A DNA stretch of 64,000 bases from Candidatus Nomurabacteria bacterium (GCA_029288775.1 JARIGQ010000001.1:29044-93043), one strand, 5' to 3'. Positions 39,843-52,294 are shown, counted from the first letter of the stretch. A program made the numbers and translations. Notes: generated by a model not told the origin, from the sequence alone.

Positions 39843-42185
39843 ATGAAATTTTCATTGAATTGGCTTCAAGAGTACAGTAAAGAACCACTTCCAAATGTGG
39901 ATAGTCTTTCGGAAATGATAACGCTTAATGCCTTCGAGATTGAAGGTATGGAAAAGCTTGCTCAGGATATGGTGCTTGATATTAAAGTATTGCCTAATCG
40001 TGCTCATGACGCTCTCGGACATCGAGGTATGGCGCGTGATATATGTGCTTTGGTAGGGAATACTTTTCACGATACTCAGGAATATTATGAAGGGGAAGGG
40101 GATACTTCTTTAGGTGAACCAAAGGTCATTGCAGCTTCTGAAGAATGTACTCGTTTTATGAGTGTACGTATTGAAGGAATAAAAGTAGAAGAATCACCGG
40201 TATGGCTTAAGGAGAAATTAAACGCCATTGGTCAGAAGAGTATTAATTCAATTGTTGATATCACCAATTTTGTTCAGTTTGCTATTAACAAGCCAATGCA
40301 TGCCTATGACGCAAGTTTGATTGCAGGTAATGCGCTCTATGCAAGGAAAGCAAAAGATGGTGAGAAGCTTATCACGCTTGATGATAAAGAACTTAGTTTG
40401 GATAGCGGTACTTTGGTAATTGCTGATGAAGAAAAGGCATTAGGGCTTGCCGGTATAAAAGGAGGCAAGTTTTCGGGGATTACCTCCGAGACGACGTCTG
40501 TGCTTTTGGAATCAGCGAATTTCAACTCCACCCTTATTAGAAAGACTTCGCAAAAGTATGGTATTCGCACGGATGCTTCCAAGCGTTTTGAAAATGAACT
40601 GGCAGATGAGTTGGTAGAAGACGGGCTCCGTCTAACAATTGCCCTTATCAAGAAACTTAACCCTGAAGCTCGCGTGAGTGCTATTGTAGACCATTGGACG
40701 CATCAAAGTTGGCCCTACGTTGTCTCTGTGTCTGTAGAGGAAATCAACAAGCATCTCGGCACTTCCTACGAAGAAAGTGACATTAAAAAAGTTTTTGAAC
40801 ATTTAGGATTTGGCGTGCGAAGTGCGACAACTCGCGAAATTATTGAAGAACAAGTAAAGAAAACAGAAGGAGCTCTCTACCAAAATCCTTCCAGCATGAG
40901 AACTGATGCGCCACATCTTTTTTCCTGTTCTTCGCTTATAAGTTTTCTTTTTGCTGGAGTATGGCAACCAAGTCTCTCTATTGATAAATATGTGTATGCT
41001 TCTCCTCTTAATAAGATTGATGCAAAGTGGGGGGATTTGGTATTTTCCAACACAGGGGAGGGAAAGATCCGCTATGAATCAGTGCAGTTTTTGCCTGGCA
41101 CTACCGTGGAGCAAGGTGTTGACCATGTGGGATTATATTTAGGGGACAACAAAGTGCTTCACATTTCCCATAACACAAATAAGGTTGTCACCCAAACCTT
41201 TGATGAAGCCGCAGACTTCACTGATAAACTTTTGTTTGCGCGACTTGTAGATGTTGAAGCTCCAAGATTATTTGTGAACGTTCCTCCAGAACGTCTGGAT
41301 ATTCGCATCAAGGAAGATCTTATTGAGGAAGTAGCTCGTATGAAAGGATTGTCTTCTATTCCTTCAGTGCTTCCGAATATTGCTCGCACGGGTATTCCTC
41401 ATAAGCGTTTATATTATGAGACCAAAATAAAAAATATTCTTTCTAAGGGGGGCTTTTCGGAAATCATGACGTACTCCTTTGGGGATGAAGGTGAGGTAGA
41501 AATCATGAAAGGCTCTGCTATGGACAAAGAAAAACTTCGCACCAAGCTTGCGCCTGGCCTCTGGAAGGCATTTCAGATGAATATGCTTAATGCGCCGCTT
41601 CTTCAGATTGATACGGTGAAGATGTACGAATTCGGAAACATCTTCACTCCTACTAATGAGCGTCGTCATTTTGCACTTATCATCGATGACGGTAAAAAGA
41701 AATCATCTTTTTCTGAAGAGGTTGATCTTGTGCTTTCTGAAATTAAACGCGAGCTTGGCGTGTCCCAGCTTGAATGCCAAACAGCAAGCACCAAGCCATA
41801 CTGTGTCGAGCTTGATTTTGATACACTGATCGAATCACTTCCTGAGCCTACGACGTATGAACCGCTTGCACAAGATCTATCACCTATTGCTTACAAACCA
41901 GTCTCTCCTTATCCGTTTATTGTTCGTGATATTGCTGTATGGGTACCTGCTTCTATCACATGGGAAACTATCCGTACTCTCGCTTTACAAATCAGTTCTC
42001 CTCTTATTGCTCGCTTGTATTGTTTTGATACCTTCGAAAAAGAGATAGAGGGGGTTCGGAAAACATCCTTTGCTTTCCGTTTTGTACTCCAATCGCATGA
42101 GCGCACGCTTACGGATGCTGAGGCCAATGAAGTGGCGGATAAGATGTACGCACTCCTTAAGGAAAAAGGGTATGAGATTCGCTAA
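39843..42185 (+). CDS. pheT: Phenylalanyl-tRNA synthetase beta with inserted NlpC/P60 domain
   Basis: LPNRAHD, B3/4 (INSIVDITN, LESANF, TDASKRFE), B5 RLDI..EDLIEEVAR split by the insert, FDX-ACB C-terminus; no B2 OB fold. Confidence 0.93.
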   Translation: MKFSLNWLQEYSKEPLPNVDSLSEMITLNAFEIEGMEKLAQDMVLDIKVLPNRAHDALGHRGMARDICALVGNTFHDTQEYYEGEGDTSLGEPKVIAASEECTRFMSVRIEGIKVEESPVWLKEKLNAIGQKSINSIVDITNFVQFAINKPMHAYDASLIAGNALYARKAKDGEKLITLDDKELSLDSGTLVIADEEKALGLAGIKGGKFSGITSETTSVLLESANFNSTLIRKTSQKYGIRTDASKRFENELADELVEDGLRLTIALIKKLNPEARVSAIVDHWTHQSWPYVVSVSVEEINKHLGTSYEESDIKKVFEHLGFGVRSATTREIIEEQVKKTEGALYQNPSSMRTDAPHLFSCSSLISFLFAGVWQPSLSIDKYVYASPLNKIDAKWGDLVFSNTGEGKIRYESVQFLPGTTVEQGVDHVGLYLGDNKVLHISHNTNKVVTQTFDEAADFTDKLLFARLVDVEAPRLFVNVPPERLDIRIKEDLIEEVARMKGLSSIPSVLPNIARTGIPHKRLYYETKIKNILSKGGFSEIMTYSFGDEGEVEIMKGSAMDKEKLRTKLAPGLWKAFQMNMLNAPLLQIDTVKMYEFGNIFTPTNERRHFALIIDDGKKKSSFSEEVDLVLSEIKRELGVSQLECQTASTKPYCVELDFDTLIESLPEPTTYEPLAQDLSPIAYKPVSPYPFIVRDIAVWVPASITWETIRTLALQISSPLIARLYCFDTFEKEIEGVRKTSFAFRFVLQSHERTLTDAEANEVADKMYALLKEKGYEIR

Positions 42186-42186
42186 G

Positions 42187-42678
42187 ATGAAACTCGTCGT
42201 TCCCTATTATTCACAATTCGTAGATATTCAGGATCCTTTTTGGATGTTACGTGCTTGCGGAGCGGTATGTCTTAAGATGGTTGCGGAATTTCAGGGAAAA
42301 GAAGTTCCCGATTTAATAATTCTATGCAATGAGGCAAAAGAGCGCGGAGGATACGATATGGTAAATGGATGGGTACATGATTATTTGGTATCTAAAGCTG
42401 AAGAGTTGGGATTGAAAGCATATCGCAAGGAAGGTCTCGATACTCTTGATGAAGTTAAAGCCTTTTTAGAAAAAGGACCGGTAATTGTTTCTGTGGAGAA
42501 ACGTGTGCTTGAGCAAAAGCGCTTTCACATGATTGTGATAACGGGTATTGAAGACGATATGGTTATCTACCACGAACCGGAATCAACTGATAAAGGGAGA
42601 GGGATGAACCGCGTGTGCACTGTGCAAGCATTTATGGACTATTGGCGCGGCAAAGCTATTTTTATCGACTCACCTTAG
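42187..42678 (+). CDS. C39-like cysteine peptidase
   Basis: VPYYSQ, ACGAVCLKMV, PVIVSV, HMIVITG, YHEP. Confidence 0.85.
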   Translation: MKLVVPYYSQFVDIQDPFWMLRACGAVCLKMVAEFQGKEVPDLIILCNEAKERGGYDMVNGWVHDYLVSKAEELGLKAYRKEGLDTLDEVKAFLEKGPVIVSVEKRVLEQKRFHMIVITGIEDDMVIYHEPESTDKGRGMNRVCTVQAFMDYWRGKAIFIDSP

Positions 42679-43424
42679 AATTGTTCTAGATGCGCTTTCC
42701 AGAGATCATGACGATCATCTATGTGTCTCTCATTGTCACTGCGGCATAGAGATTTCAGTAAAGGTGTATCTTTTATCCATTCCTTGCCATTCCAAAATTC
42801 CAGTGGTTCGACATTTGTTTTATAGAGGGCTTTTTCCGCATAGCAGGTACCGAAATAAAAATAGTGTTTGCCATTTTTTGAAAGTTCTCGTATATGATCC
42901 AGTGCAAGCCACATACCCATGGAAGATTTCGCGTATTCGTGAGCGTAAAAGGAAAACCAGTAATGACTCATGACTTCATCCTCTACCAGTAAAAGGTAAG
43001 CGACAGGTATTCCATCCTTAGCGTATTCGACAATTGAATTGATAAGGTTCATCGAGAGAATAAGTTCGAGACGTTCGCGTGGCATGACGCTTCCGTGAGC
43101 AAGGTTGAAGTATGAAAGGCAGAGGTTGAAGAATGTCTCATCGTGTAGAATATCTTCTACAGTACGAAGCTTTTTTTCAAACATGCCATCAAACATGCGT
43201 AAGACCCGACGGTTTTCACTTGTAGGCTCCCATTTCCTAATATCTGCTCGGGTTCCTCGCGCCATATAAAAAATATCTCGTATTCCTTTGGATCCAGAGT
43301 AGGGAAGAAAACCTCGCTCATAGATTTCATGAAGTTTGTCTCCGTGTTCGCGCTTAAGGTACAACGTATAGGCGAAGGAATACGTTTCGTATGAGTGGCC
43401 AAATTCAGAAGCAAATAACTGCAT
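42675..43424 (-). CDS. ATE/Bpt-like aminoacyl-tRNA-dependent transferase (GNAT-like fold)
   Basis: RGF..; FSFY...SMGMW..LDHI......YFYFG.CY....LYK....PLE matches the ATE_C pattern. Confidence 0.65.
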   Translation of the reverse strand: MQLFASEFGHSYETYSFAYTLYLKREHGDKLHEIYERGFLPYSGSKGIRDIFYMARGTRADIRKWEPTSENRRVLRMFDGMFEKKLRTVEDILHDETFFNLCLSYFNLAHGSVMPRERLELILSMNLINSIVEYAKDGIPVAYLLLVEDEVMSHYWFSFYAHEYAKSSMGMWLALDHIRELSKNGKHYFYFGTCYAEKALYKTNVEPLEFWNGKEWIKDTPLLKSLCRSDNERHIDDRHDLWKAHLEQF

Positions 43425-43427
43425 AGA

Positions 43428-44831
43428 TTAAGCGGGAAATTTTTCTTCCAGTGCTGAAATGGTTTCTGGAATGAATCCTCCCATACCTCCTGAACTTAAA
43501 ATAAGAATAACGTCATTATCTTGTGTGTAATTAACAAGATCTATTAATCCAGTAGCAGCATGTTCAAACGGGGTTACTTCGATACCAGAGGCACGCACGC
43601 GCTCTACAATTTCTTCAAGATTTAACTGCTCATGAGTTCCGCTTCCGTGCTCAGGGGGTTTATACATAAACACATGCTCTGCTCCCTTAAATACGGTATC
43701 GTACCAATGAAGTGCTGCACGGTTGCGCCAAGAAAATGTATGAGGTTCAAACACAACAACAAGCCGTCTACTTGGAAAATGAAGTTCCATTGCTTCGATT
43801 GCAGAACGTGCCTTATCAACGGATGATCCAAATCCTTCATAGACGGGAATGGAAGTTTTTTCACTCTTCTTATCCAGTCGACGCACAATTCCTTTGAAGG
43901 TCTGTATACCTTTTGCAAGCTCTTCCGGAGTGAGTTTTTGTGTTTCTAATAGAAGAGCCGCAACTCCAATAATATTTTGTATATTGTGCTTACCTAGAAG
44001 AGTGGTAGAAAGGCGGACAATAACTTCATCATTTTTTACTAAATCAAAGGTTGATTCTCGGCCAAAAGTAATGTTTGCTGCGTGATAGGTTCCTTGTTCC
44101 AGTCCGTACGAAATACTATCGTGAGTTATTTCTCCTAGTTTAGAGTGTACAGTCATATCATCCGTACAGAGGATAAGTTTTCCCTCTTGGGGGAGACCTT
44201 GAATAAGCTTCATGAAAGGGAAAAGATAGTCCTCGTGGGTTGGAAAGACATTTACATGATCATGAGCAAGCGCAGTGACAAGGAGATGTCTTGGATGGAG
44301 GAACATAAACTTAGAAGTAGTGTCCCAATTAGAAGAAGGATATTCGTCGCCTTCCATGATGAAATCATTTCCATTGCCTAGACGCGCATTGGTGGTAGGT
44401 GTAAGGGGAATTGCACCAATGAAATAACTTGGATCTTTCCCGGCTTGCTCGAGACACCAGGAAAGAAGTGATGTGCAGGTAGATTTGCCAAATGATCCAA
44501 CTACCACAGTATTTTCTTTGTGTTCCGAAAGGTGTTCAAGTACTTGTGGAAAAGAAAGGACTGGTTTTCCTGATTCTAAAGCAGCTTTTACTTCTTCATT
44601 TTCTTCAGGAATAAGTTTTGCATGTTTGCCGATGACGATATAGTCCACATCATCTGGAATATTATTTGGAGAAAACGGAGTAGTGCACGGGATTTTATGT
44701 TCCACTAAATAATCAGAAATAGGAGGGTAGAAGCCTTCATCGCTTCCTGTTACGGTTTCTCCTTTGTCGACAAGTAACTTGGCAACCGCGCTCATGCCGG
44801 CGCCGGAGACGCCGATAAAGTGATATTTCAT
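43428..44831 (-). CDS. mpl: Mpl/MurC-family ligase (most like murein peptide ligase Mpl)
   Basis: HFIGVSGAGMS, GSD..YPP, GSFGKST, EGDEY, FEPHTFS, SSGGMGG. Start chosen from the TATGAT box 7 nt upstream. Confidence 0.75.
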   Translation of the reverse strand: MKYHFIGVSGAGMSAVAKLLVDKGETVTGSDEGFYPPISDYLVEHKIPCTTPFSPNNIPDDVDYIVIGKHAKLIPEENEEVKAALESGKPVLSFPQVLEHLSEHKENTVVVGSFGKSTCTSLLSWCLEQAGKDPSYFIGAIPLTPTTNARLGNGNDFIMEGDEYPSSNWDTTSKFMFLHPRHLLVTALAHDHVNVFPTHEDYLFPFMKLIQGLPQEGKLILCTDDMTVHSKLGEITHDSISYGLEQGTYHAANITFGRESTFDLVKNDEVIVRLSTTLLGKHNIQNIIGVAALLLETQKLTPEELAKGIQTFKGIVRRLDKKSEKTSIPVYEGFGSSVDKARSAIEAMELHFPSRRLVVVFEPHTFSWRNRAALHWYDTVFKGAEHVFMYKPPEHGSGTHEQLNLEEIVERVRASGIEVTPFEHAATGLIDLVNYTQDNDVILILSSGGMGGFIPETISALEEKFPA

Positions 44832-44904
44832 ACTTTTCATCATAGCAAAAATGGACAAGAAAAAAAGCAGCGCTTGCGCGCTGCCCAAAGCACCTTTCCC
44901 GCCC

Positions 44905-45774
44905 TTAATCGTTTACGACTACCGCCACGAGATTTCTCCGCTGTACTTCTCCGGCAACCAGTTGCCGCTTATTGGAGTACCAGACAGGTTCACCGTCCTT
45001 CATCTCGCTGTAGGTGCACATCGAGTCAAGGATAATGTTTTGTTCGGGTACACCGAAGCTTGTGAATTGTCGCCGGATGAGCTCTTTAGTGTCGAGCCAC
45101 CCAAGTGTGCGACCGTGACCGTCATCCTTGAAGCATTCCCGTCCCCAGGTTTCGGAGACATAGGTGACGAGACGGGAGTTATGAGGGTTCTCTTTGTCGA
45201 ACATCGAATGCTGGAAGTGCGGTCCAGGTGAGATGGAAAACCCAACCCACACACGCACATCTTTGAGATTCTGACCTTCGAATGCACACCGGCAGATGCT
45301 GTCGACGACGCTTTGGTAGCGTCGAGGAGCTTTTCCCCGTACCCGAGCCATGTCGATGATGCTGTTGCGTCCAGCGTGGGCAGCGACGATGATGTCTCCG
45401 CACTTGGCCACGACGAGTGCGCAGTCTGCTGCCGACATGGCATAGCCGCACGAAGCATCGAGATTAGTCACGCCGTCTGCGTCTGTACCGCGGTAGATGC
45501 GGAATTCTGCGCCCGGGCTGAAACTCATACACGGGATTTCTCCCGGCCATACAATCTCGGCATTCATCTTCGATGGGGATGGTGCAGCGAAAGCTTCCAA
45601 CTCTTCGCTAGCAATGGAAGCCAAAGCTTCGAAGATCGGAGTATGCGTTTTGTGTTGCTCCTTGCTTTCGTCGAAGCCACGAAAGGAGAAATCGCAACCA
45701 TGCTCACGCCCAAAAGCATGCACCGTGATTTCGCCTCCTAAAATCGGGAGCGAAAGTGTAGGTTCGATGGACAT
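44905..45774 (-). CDS. PgeF/YfiH (laccase-domain) family protein
   Basis: DADG, AADC, AAHAGR, CTY..YS motifs; own promoter and SD; GC-rich. Confidence 0.8.
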   Translation of the reverse strand: MSIEPTLSLPILGGEITVHAFGREHGCDFSFRGFDESKEQHKTHTPIFEALASIASEELEAFAAPSPSKMNAEIVWPGEIPCMSFSPGAEFRIYRGTDADGVTNLDASCGYAMSAADCALVVAKCGDIIVAAHAGRNSIIDMARVRGKAPRRYQSVVDSICRCAFEGQNLKDVRVWVGFSISPGPHFQHSMFDKENPHNSRLVTYVSETWGRECFKDDGHGRTLGWLDTKELIRRQFTSFGVPEQNIILDSMCTYSEMKDGEPVWYSNKRQLVAGEVQRRNLVAVVVND

Positions 45775-45920
45775 TACTGTCTTCCTAAAAGTTGAGTGTA
45801 CCTCTTTCGGATTGAAAGGGCTTCTACTACCAACACTACAATAGTAAAATAAGCTTGTCAATTAAGGCTTTTTGGAGCGCTTTTGCACTGGTATTTAGGG
45901 GGTAAAAATGGTATAATTAA

Positions 45921-48020
<2,100 letters not shown>

Positions 48021-48085
48021 GCAGTTGACGAAAACACTATTTAATAGTAAAATAAAATAGGTAAGTTCAACCAGGAGCAGGCGTA

Positions 48086-48325
48086 ATGTTTGAAATTCTC
48101 TCAGATGGGGAGAACGGAGAAATCATTCTCTTCAACGGGAAAATGTGTCCTCCCCAACCTCCTTGTTCAACCTCGGAGACCGTTGCCGCGGCGACTCACG
48201 ATGCGCGGCGTCCTTTCACGAGCCCGCCGCCGGATTTCCGGACGGTGCGTCGGCCTGTGGTTCCCGTTCTCGTGGAACCAGGGAACATCATTCCGGCATC
48301 CAAGGACCCGAAGCACAACGAGTGA
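48086..48325 (+). CDS. Small Pro-rich orphan protein
   Basis: TTGACG..TAAAAT promoter, AGGAG SD, terminator at ~48344-48372. Confidence 0.45.
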   Translation: MFEILSDGENGEIILFNGKMCPPQPPCSTSETVAAATHDARRPFTSPPPDFRTVRRPVVPVLVEPGNIIPASKDPKHNE

Positions 48326-48420
48326 TCGTTCGTGCCCCGGTCAAGTCCCGCCATGCGGGACTTTTCTTTTTATTAAATCCTGATAGGATAAAAAGCTGTA
48401 ATAGTTTTTTGGAGAACAAA

Positions 48421-48558
48421 GTGAATCAAGAAACGAAAGAACGGCAGCCGTACCCAGGTGACTGGGCTTTTCCCAAGAGGTACCCGCCCCAACAGCAGGC
48501 CCCTCGGCAAGACGAAAGAAAAGAGGAGCAGCAGCAAGAGCAGCAGGTGCAATTGTGA
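48421..48558 (+). CDS. Small Gln-rich orphan peptide (GTG start)
   Basis: GGAG SD at 48411; stop overlaps the next start (GTGA). Confidence 0.35.
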   Translation: MNQETKERQPYPGDWAFPKRYPPQQQAPRQDERKEEQQQEQQVQL

Positions 48559-48836
48559 GCGCAGAGGTTATTCCGGTTCGCCCGGAAACCCGCGCCATGT
48601 TGCATCTATGCAACGAGATCAGCCAGGGCCGGGTGGGGTGGTTCAATCCCCACGTGCTTACACTTGCGCTTATCCGTGCTTTTCCTTATCTCCACCGGAA
48701 AGAGGATGAGCTCTTCGTGATCGAATTAGCTTGTGGTGTTGCTACATGGAAGATTGTACGTGCACCGCTTGAGTCTGATCCGTCGCATTACTACGTCAGG
48801 TGGCTTACGCGATATTTTCGCAAACGCTTCACCTGA
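48555..48836 (+). CDS. Small orphan protein
   Basis: 93-aa ORF ending immediately before terminator 48837-48867. Confidence 0.45.
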   Translation: MSAEVIPVRPETRAMLHLCNEISQGRVGWFNPHVLTLALIRAFPYLHRKEDELFVIELACGVATWKIVRAPLESDPSHYYVRWLTRYFRKRFT

Positions 48837-48864
48837 AAACCGCCCCGGAAGGGGCGGTTGTTTT

Positions 48865-50628
48865 TTATTTCTTTTCTTTGATTTCGTTTGTAAGACGAGT
48901 AATGAGATCATCCACTTTCATTTCTCCAATTTTTCCTTCGGTGCGATGCTCCAGGGTCACTGTGCCATTTGCAACTTCTGCATCACCAATAACTGCCCAG
49001 TAGGGTGTTTTCATTTCACGTGCATTTCGTATCTTTTTTCCGAGGCCTTCCTTAGCATCATCAAGTTCTACACGAATGTCTTTTTCTGAAAGTGTGTTTT
49101 TGATGGAAACTGCATATGCTTTATGTGCGTCAGCAATCGGCAAGATAGAAATCTGAGTAGGAGAGAGCCAGAGCGGGAAGTTACCACCCGTATGCTCAAT
49201 GAAGGTAGACATGAAGCGTTCGATAGATCCCATCACCGCGCAGTGAATCATCACAGGACGCTCTCGTTTACCTTCTTCACTTACGTATTCAAGTTCGAGA
49301 TTTGTCGGTTGAACGAAATCGACTTGGATGGTTGCTACCTGCCAGGTTCGACCAATTGAATCCTTGGCCATGAAGTCAATTTTTGGTCCATAGAACGCCG
49401 CTTCACCTTCCCCGTCTATCCAATTGTCAGCGCTTTTTGCATGAATAAGATTTTTAATTGCCGTTTCTGCTTTGGTCCAACCTTCATCTCCACCCATGTA
49501 CTTTTCTGGTGCGTTCGGGTCCCGTCGTGAAAAACGCGGTGTGAGAGAAAAGCCGAATGTCCCATAAAAGGTTTCGATGATTTGCCACACACGCCCCATC
49601 TCTTCTTCAAGTTGGGATTCGCGACAGAATACATGCGCATCATCTTGGGTAATGGATAGTACACGTGCCAGACCAGAGAGTTCGCCGGATTGTTCATCGC
49701 GATAGACCATTGTAGTTTCGGAGAAGCGAAGCGGAAGTTCTTTATATGAGCGCAGTTCGCTTGCATAAATTTGTGCATGATGTGGGCAGTTCATCGGCTT
49801 CATGGCAAAGAGATGCTTGTCACGTGTTTCAATCTTGAAAAGATCTTCGGCGTATTTTGCCCAGTGCCCGCTTTTTATATAGAGATCGCTTTTTGTGATA
49901 TGTGGAATGGTAACGCGCTGATAGCCTTGTTGTTTGCGGAGTGACCATACATAATCATTGAGAGCTTCACGAATGAGTGTTCCACGTGGAGTCCAAAGCG
50001 GAAGGCCTGGGCCTACGAGCTCGCTAAATGTAAAAAGCTTGAGCTGCTTGCCTAAAATGCGATGATCTCGCTTCTTTGCCTCTTCCTGCTGTGTGATATA
50101 TGCATCTAGTTCTTCCTTTGTATCGAAGGCAAGTCCATAGATGCGAGTGAGCATGGCATTTTTTTCATCTCCACGCCAGTACGCGCCGGCGATCTTATCG
50201 AGCTTAAAACTTCCGGGAGCAATGTCTCCTGTGGTGTCAGTATGTCCACCTCCGCACAGATCAAAGAAGGTGTCTCCGGTGTAATAGATGGTGATGGTCT
50301 TACCTTCCTTTTCTAGATTATCTATAAGTTCGCGCTTATAAGGATTCATTTCAAAAAGTGCTCGTGCTTGATCAGCAGTTACTTCTTCGTGATGAAAAGG
50401 AAGTGCTTGGCTTATGATTTCATGCATGGTCGCTTCAAGTTTTGGAAAGTCTTCTGCGCTTGGCTTGCCGGCATTTCCGAAATCAATATCATAGTAGAAG
50501 CCATGCTCAATAGCCGGACCAAGCGTCGGAACAGCATGTGGATAATGGTGCTTTACCGCCATCAGTAGTACATGAGCCAGTGAGTGGCGTTTTTTAGCAA
50601 GTAATGGAAGGGAATCGCTGTGTGACAT
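48865..50628 (-). CDS. thrS: Threonyl-tRNA synthetase
   Basis: RHSLAH, DLCGGGH, RDHR, KPMNCP, QDDAH, GSIERF. Confidence 0.98.
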   Translation of the reverse strand: MSHSDSLPLLAKKRHSLAHVLLMAVKHHYPHAVPTLGPAIEHGFYYDIDFGNAGKPSAEDFPKLEATMHEIISQALPFHHEEVTADQARALFEMNPYKRELIDNLEKEGKTITIYYTGDTFFDLCGGGHTDTTGDIAPGSFKLDKIAGAYWRGDEKNAMLTRIYGLAFDTKEELDAYITQQEEAKKRDHRILGKQLKLFTFSELVGPGLPLWTPRGTLIREALNDYVWSLRKQQGYQRVTIPHITKSDLYIKSGHWAKYAEDLFKIETRDKHLFAMKPMNCPHHAQIYASELRSYKELPLRFSETTMVYRDEQSGELSGLARVLSITQDDAHVFCRESQLEEEMGRVWQIIETFYGTFGFSLTPRFSRRDPNAPEKYMGGDEGWTKAETAIKNLIHAKSADNWIDGEGEAAFYGPKIDFMAKDSIGRTWQVATIQVDFVQPTNLELEYVSEEGKRERPVMIHCAVMGSIERFMSTFIEHTGGNFPLWLSPTQISILPIADAHKAYAVSIKNTLSEKDIRVELDDAKEGLGKKIRNAREMKTPYWAVIGDAEVANGTVTLEHRTEGKIGEMKVDDLITRLTNEIKEKK

Positions 50629-50785
50629 CTTTTAATACTAACAGAAAAAGGCTTTTCTAGTAATACTGAAACTTCATTCTCCCTGGAACATTCCCTTGAC
50701 AGGGGGTGTAGGTTTTGTACTATGAATCTACTTCTTGGACGTGAACACAGATCTTGACCGAACGCCAAGAACAGTATATTTTCAA

Positions 50786-51346
50786 ATGTCACCACTCACT
50801 ATAGGTTTGATTGTTCTCGTTGCAGTAGTGCTTATTCTTATTGGCATGTATAACGGCCTTGTTCGTACCCGTGTGCGCGTACGAGAGGCATGGTCAGATA
50901 TCGATATACAGCTCAAACGTCGTTTTGATCTTATTCCAAATCTCGTAAATACGGTAAAAGGGTCTACTAACTTTGAATCCAGCACGCTTGAAAAGGTAAT
51001 TGCTGCGCGCAGTGCCAGCATGGCGGCCAAGACACCGGGTGAGGTTAGTCAGGCGGAAGTTGGTATGCGCGGCGCCCTCAACGGATTTTTTGCGCTTGCC
51101 GAAAGCTATCCTGATCTTAAATCAAATCAAAATTTTATTGCTCTTCAAAATGAACTTTCAGACACGGAGAATAAAATCCAAGCTGCGCGCCGCTTTTACA
51201 ACAGCGTAGTCACCGACTTCAATACCAAACTACAAACGTTCCCGACTAATATCTTCGGCAGCATCCTTGGTTTTCAGGCAGAAGAATTCTTTGAGCTTGA
51301 AGAAGAGGATAAGGCAGCACGAAATCCTGTCACTGTTAGCTTTTAA
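50786..51346 (+). CDS. lemA: LemA family protein
   Basis: YNGLV, QLKRRFDLIPNL, ESYPDLKS, ARRFYN. Confidence 0.95.
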   Translation: MSPLTIGLIVLVAVVLILIGMYNGLVRTRVRVREAWSDIDIQLKRRFDLIPNLVNTVKGSTNFESSTLEKVIAARSASMAAKTPGEVSQAEVGMRGALNGFFALAESYPDLKSNQNFIALQNELSDTENKIQAARRFYNSVVTDFNTKLQTFPTNIFGSILGFQAEEFFELEEEDKAARNPVTVSF

Positions 51347-51373
51347 TTCCGCTTAGCGGTAGTACAACGGAGT

Positions 51374-52294
51374 ATGGCTTCTCTTTATTCTCATCAGTCG
51401 TCTAATGTGCGCAAGACGTGGCTGCTTATGACAGTGTTTTTCTTGCTTGTGATTGCTCTGGGGTTTGCTTTGTCCTTTATATACGGTAATCCACATATCC
51501 TTTACGGTGCAGTGATTATGAGTGTGCTCATGAATATTTCAGCCTATTGGTTTTCAGACAAGCTCGTCCTTTCGATGGCGAATGCACAGCCGGTTGCATC
51601 CAGAAATGAATATCCTGAGCTATGGAATATTGTGGAGAATCTCTCTATCACTGCCGGGCTTCCTATGCCAAAGCTGTATGTTATCGATGATCCGGCACCG
51701 AATGCATTTGCTACCGGTCGAGATAAAGACCATGCGGTGATCGCTGTCACTACAGGAATTCTCCCGCTTCTTACTAAGTCAGAACTGGAAGGAGTGATTG
51801 CTCACGAGCTTTCTCACATTGGTAATCGCGACATGCTTATTAGTACTATGGTTGTCGTTTTTGCTGGACTTATCTCTATCGTAGCCGATATCGCCCTTCG
51901 TTTTTCTTTCTATGGAAGAGGAAACGATGAAAAGAAGAACCCTCTTTTTTTGGTGCTTGGTATATTTGCGGTTATTCTTGCTCCACTTGCTGCAACTATT
52001 ATCAAGCTTGCCGTTTCGCGTCAGCGCGAGTTCTTGGCAGATGCTTCAGGCGCACTTCTTACACGGTATCCCGAAGGGCTTGCTTCTGCACTTCAGAAAA
52101 TTGCGAGTTTCCATCAGCCTATGCGTGTGCAACGTCCGGCAATTGCTCATCTATTCATTTCTGATCCATCGGGAGCTAATGATGAATCTGAAATTCGTGA
52201 GCATGAAGAAGTATCGTGGATTCAGAAACTCTTTATGACCCATCCACCGATTAGTGAACGCATTGAGCGCTTAACTGGTGGTAGGGAAGTGTAG
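51374..52294 (+). CDS. htpX: M48 zinc protease HtpX
   Basis: PNAFATG, HELSH, SRQREFLAD, THPP. Confidence 0.95.
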   Translation: MASLYSHQSSNVRKTWLLMTVFFLLVIALGFALSFIYGNPHILYGAVIMSVLMNISAYWFSDKLVLSMANAQPVASRNEYPELWNIVENLSITAGLPMPKLYVIDDPAPNAFATGRDKDHAVIAVTTGILPLLTKSELEGVIAHELSHIGNRDMLISTMVVVFAGLISIVADIALRFSFYGRGNDEKKNPLFLVLGIFAVILAPLAATIIKLAVSRQREFLADASGALLTRYPEGLASALQKIASFHQPMRVQRPAIAHLFISDPSGANDESEIREHEEVSWIQKLFMTHPPISERIERLTGGREV

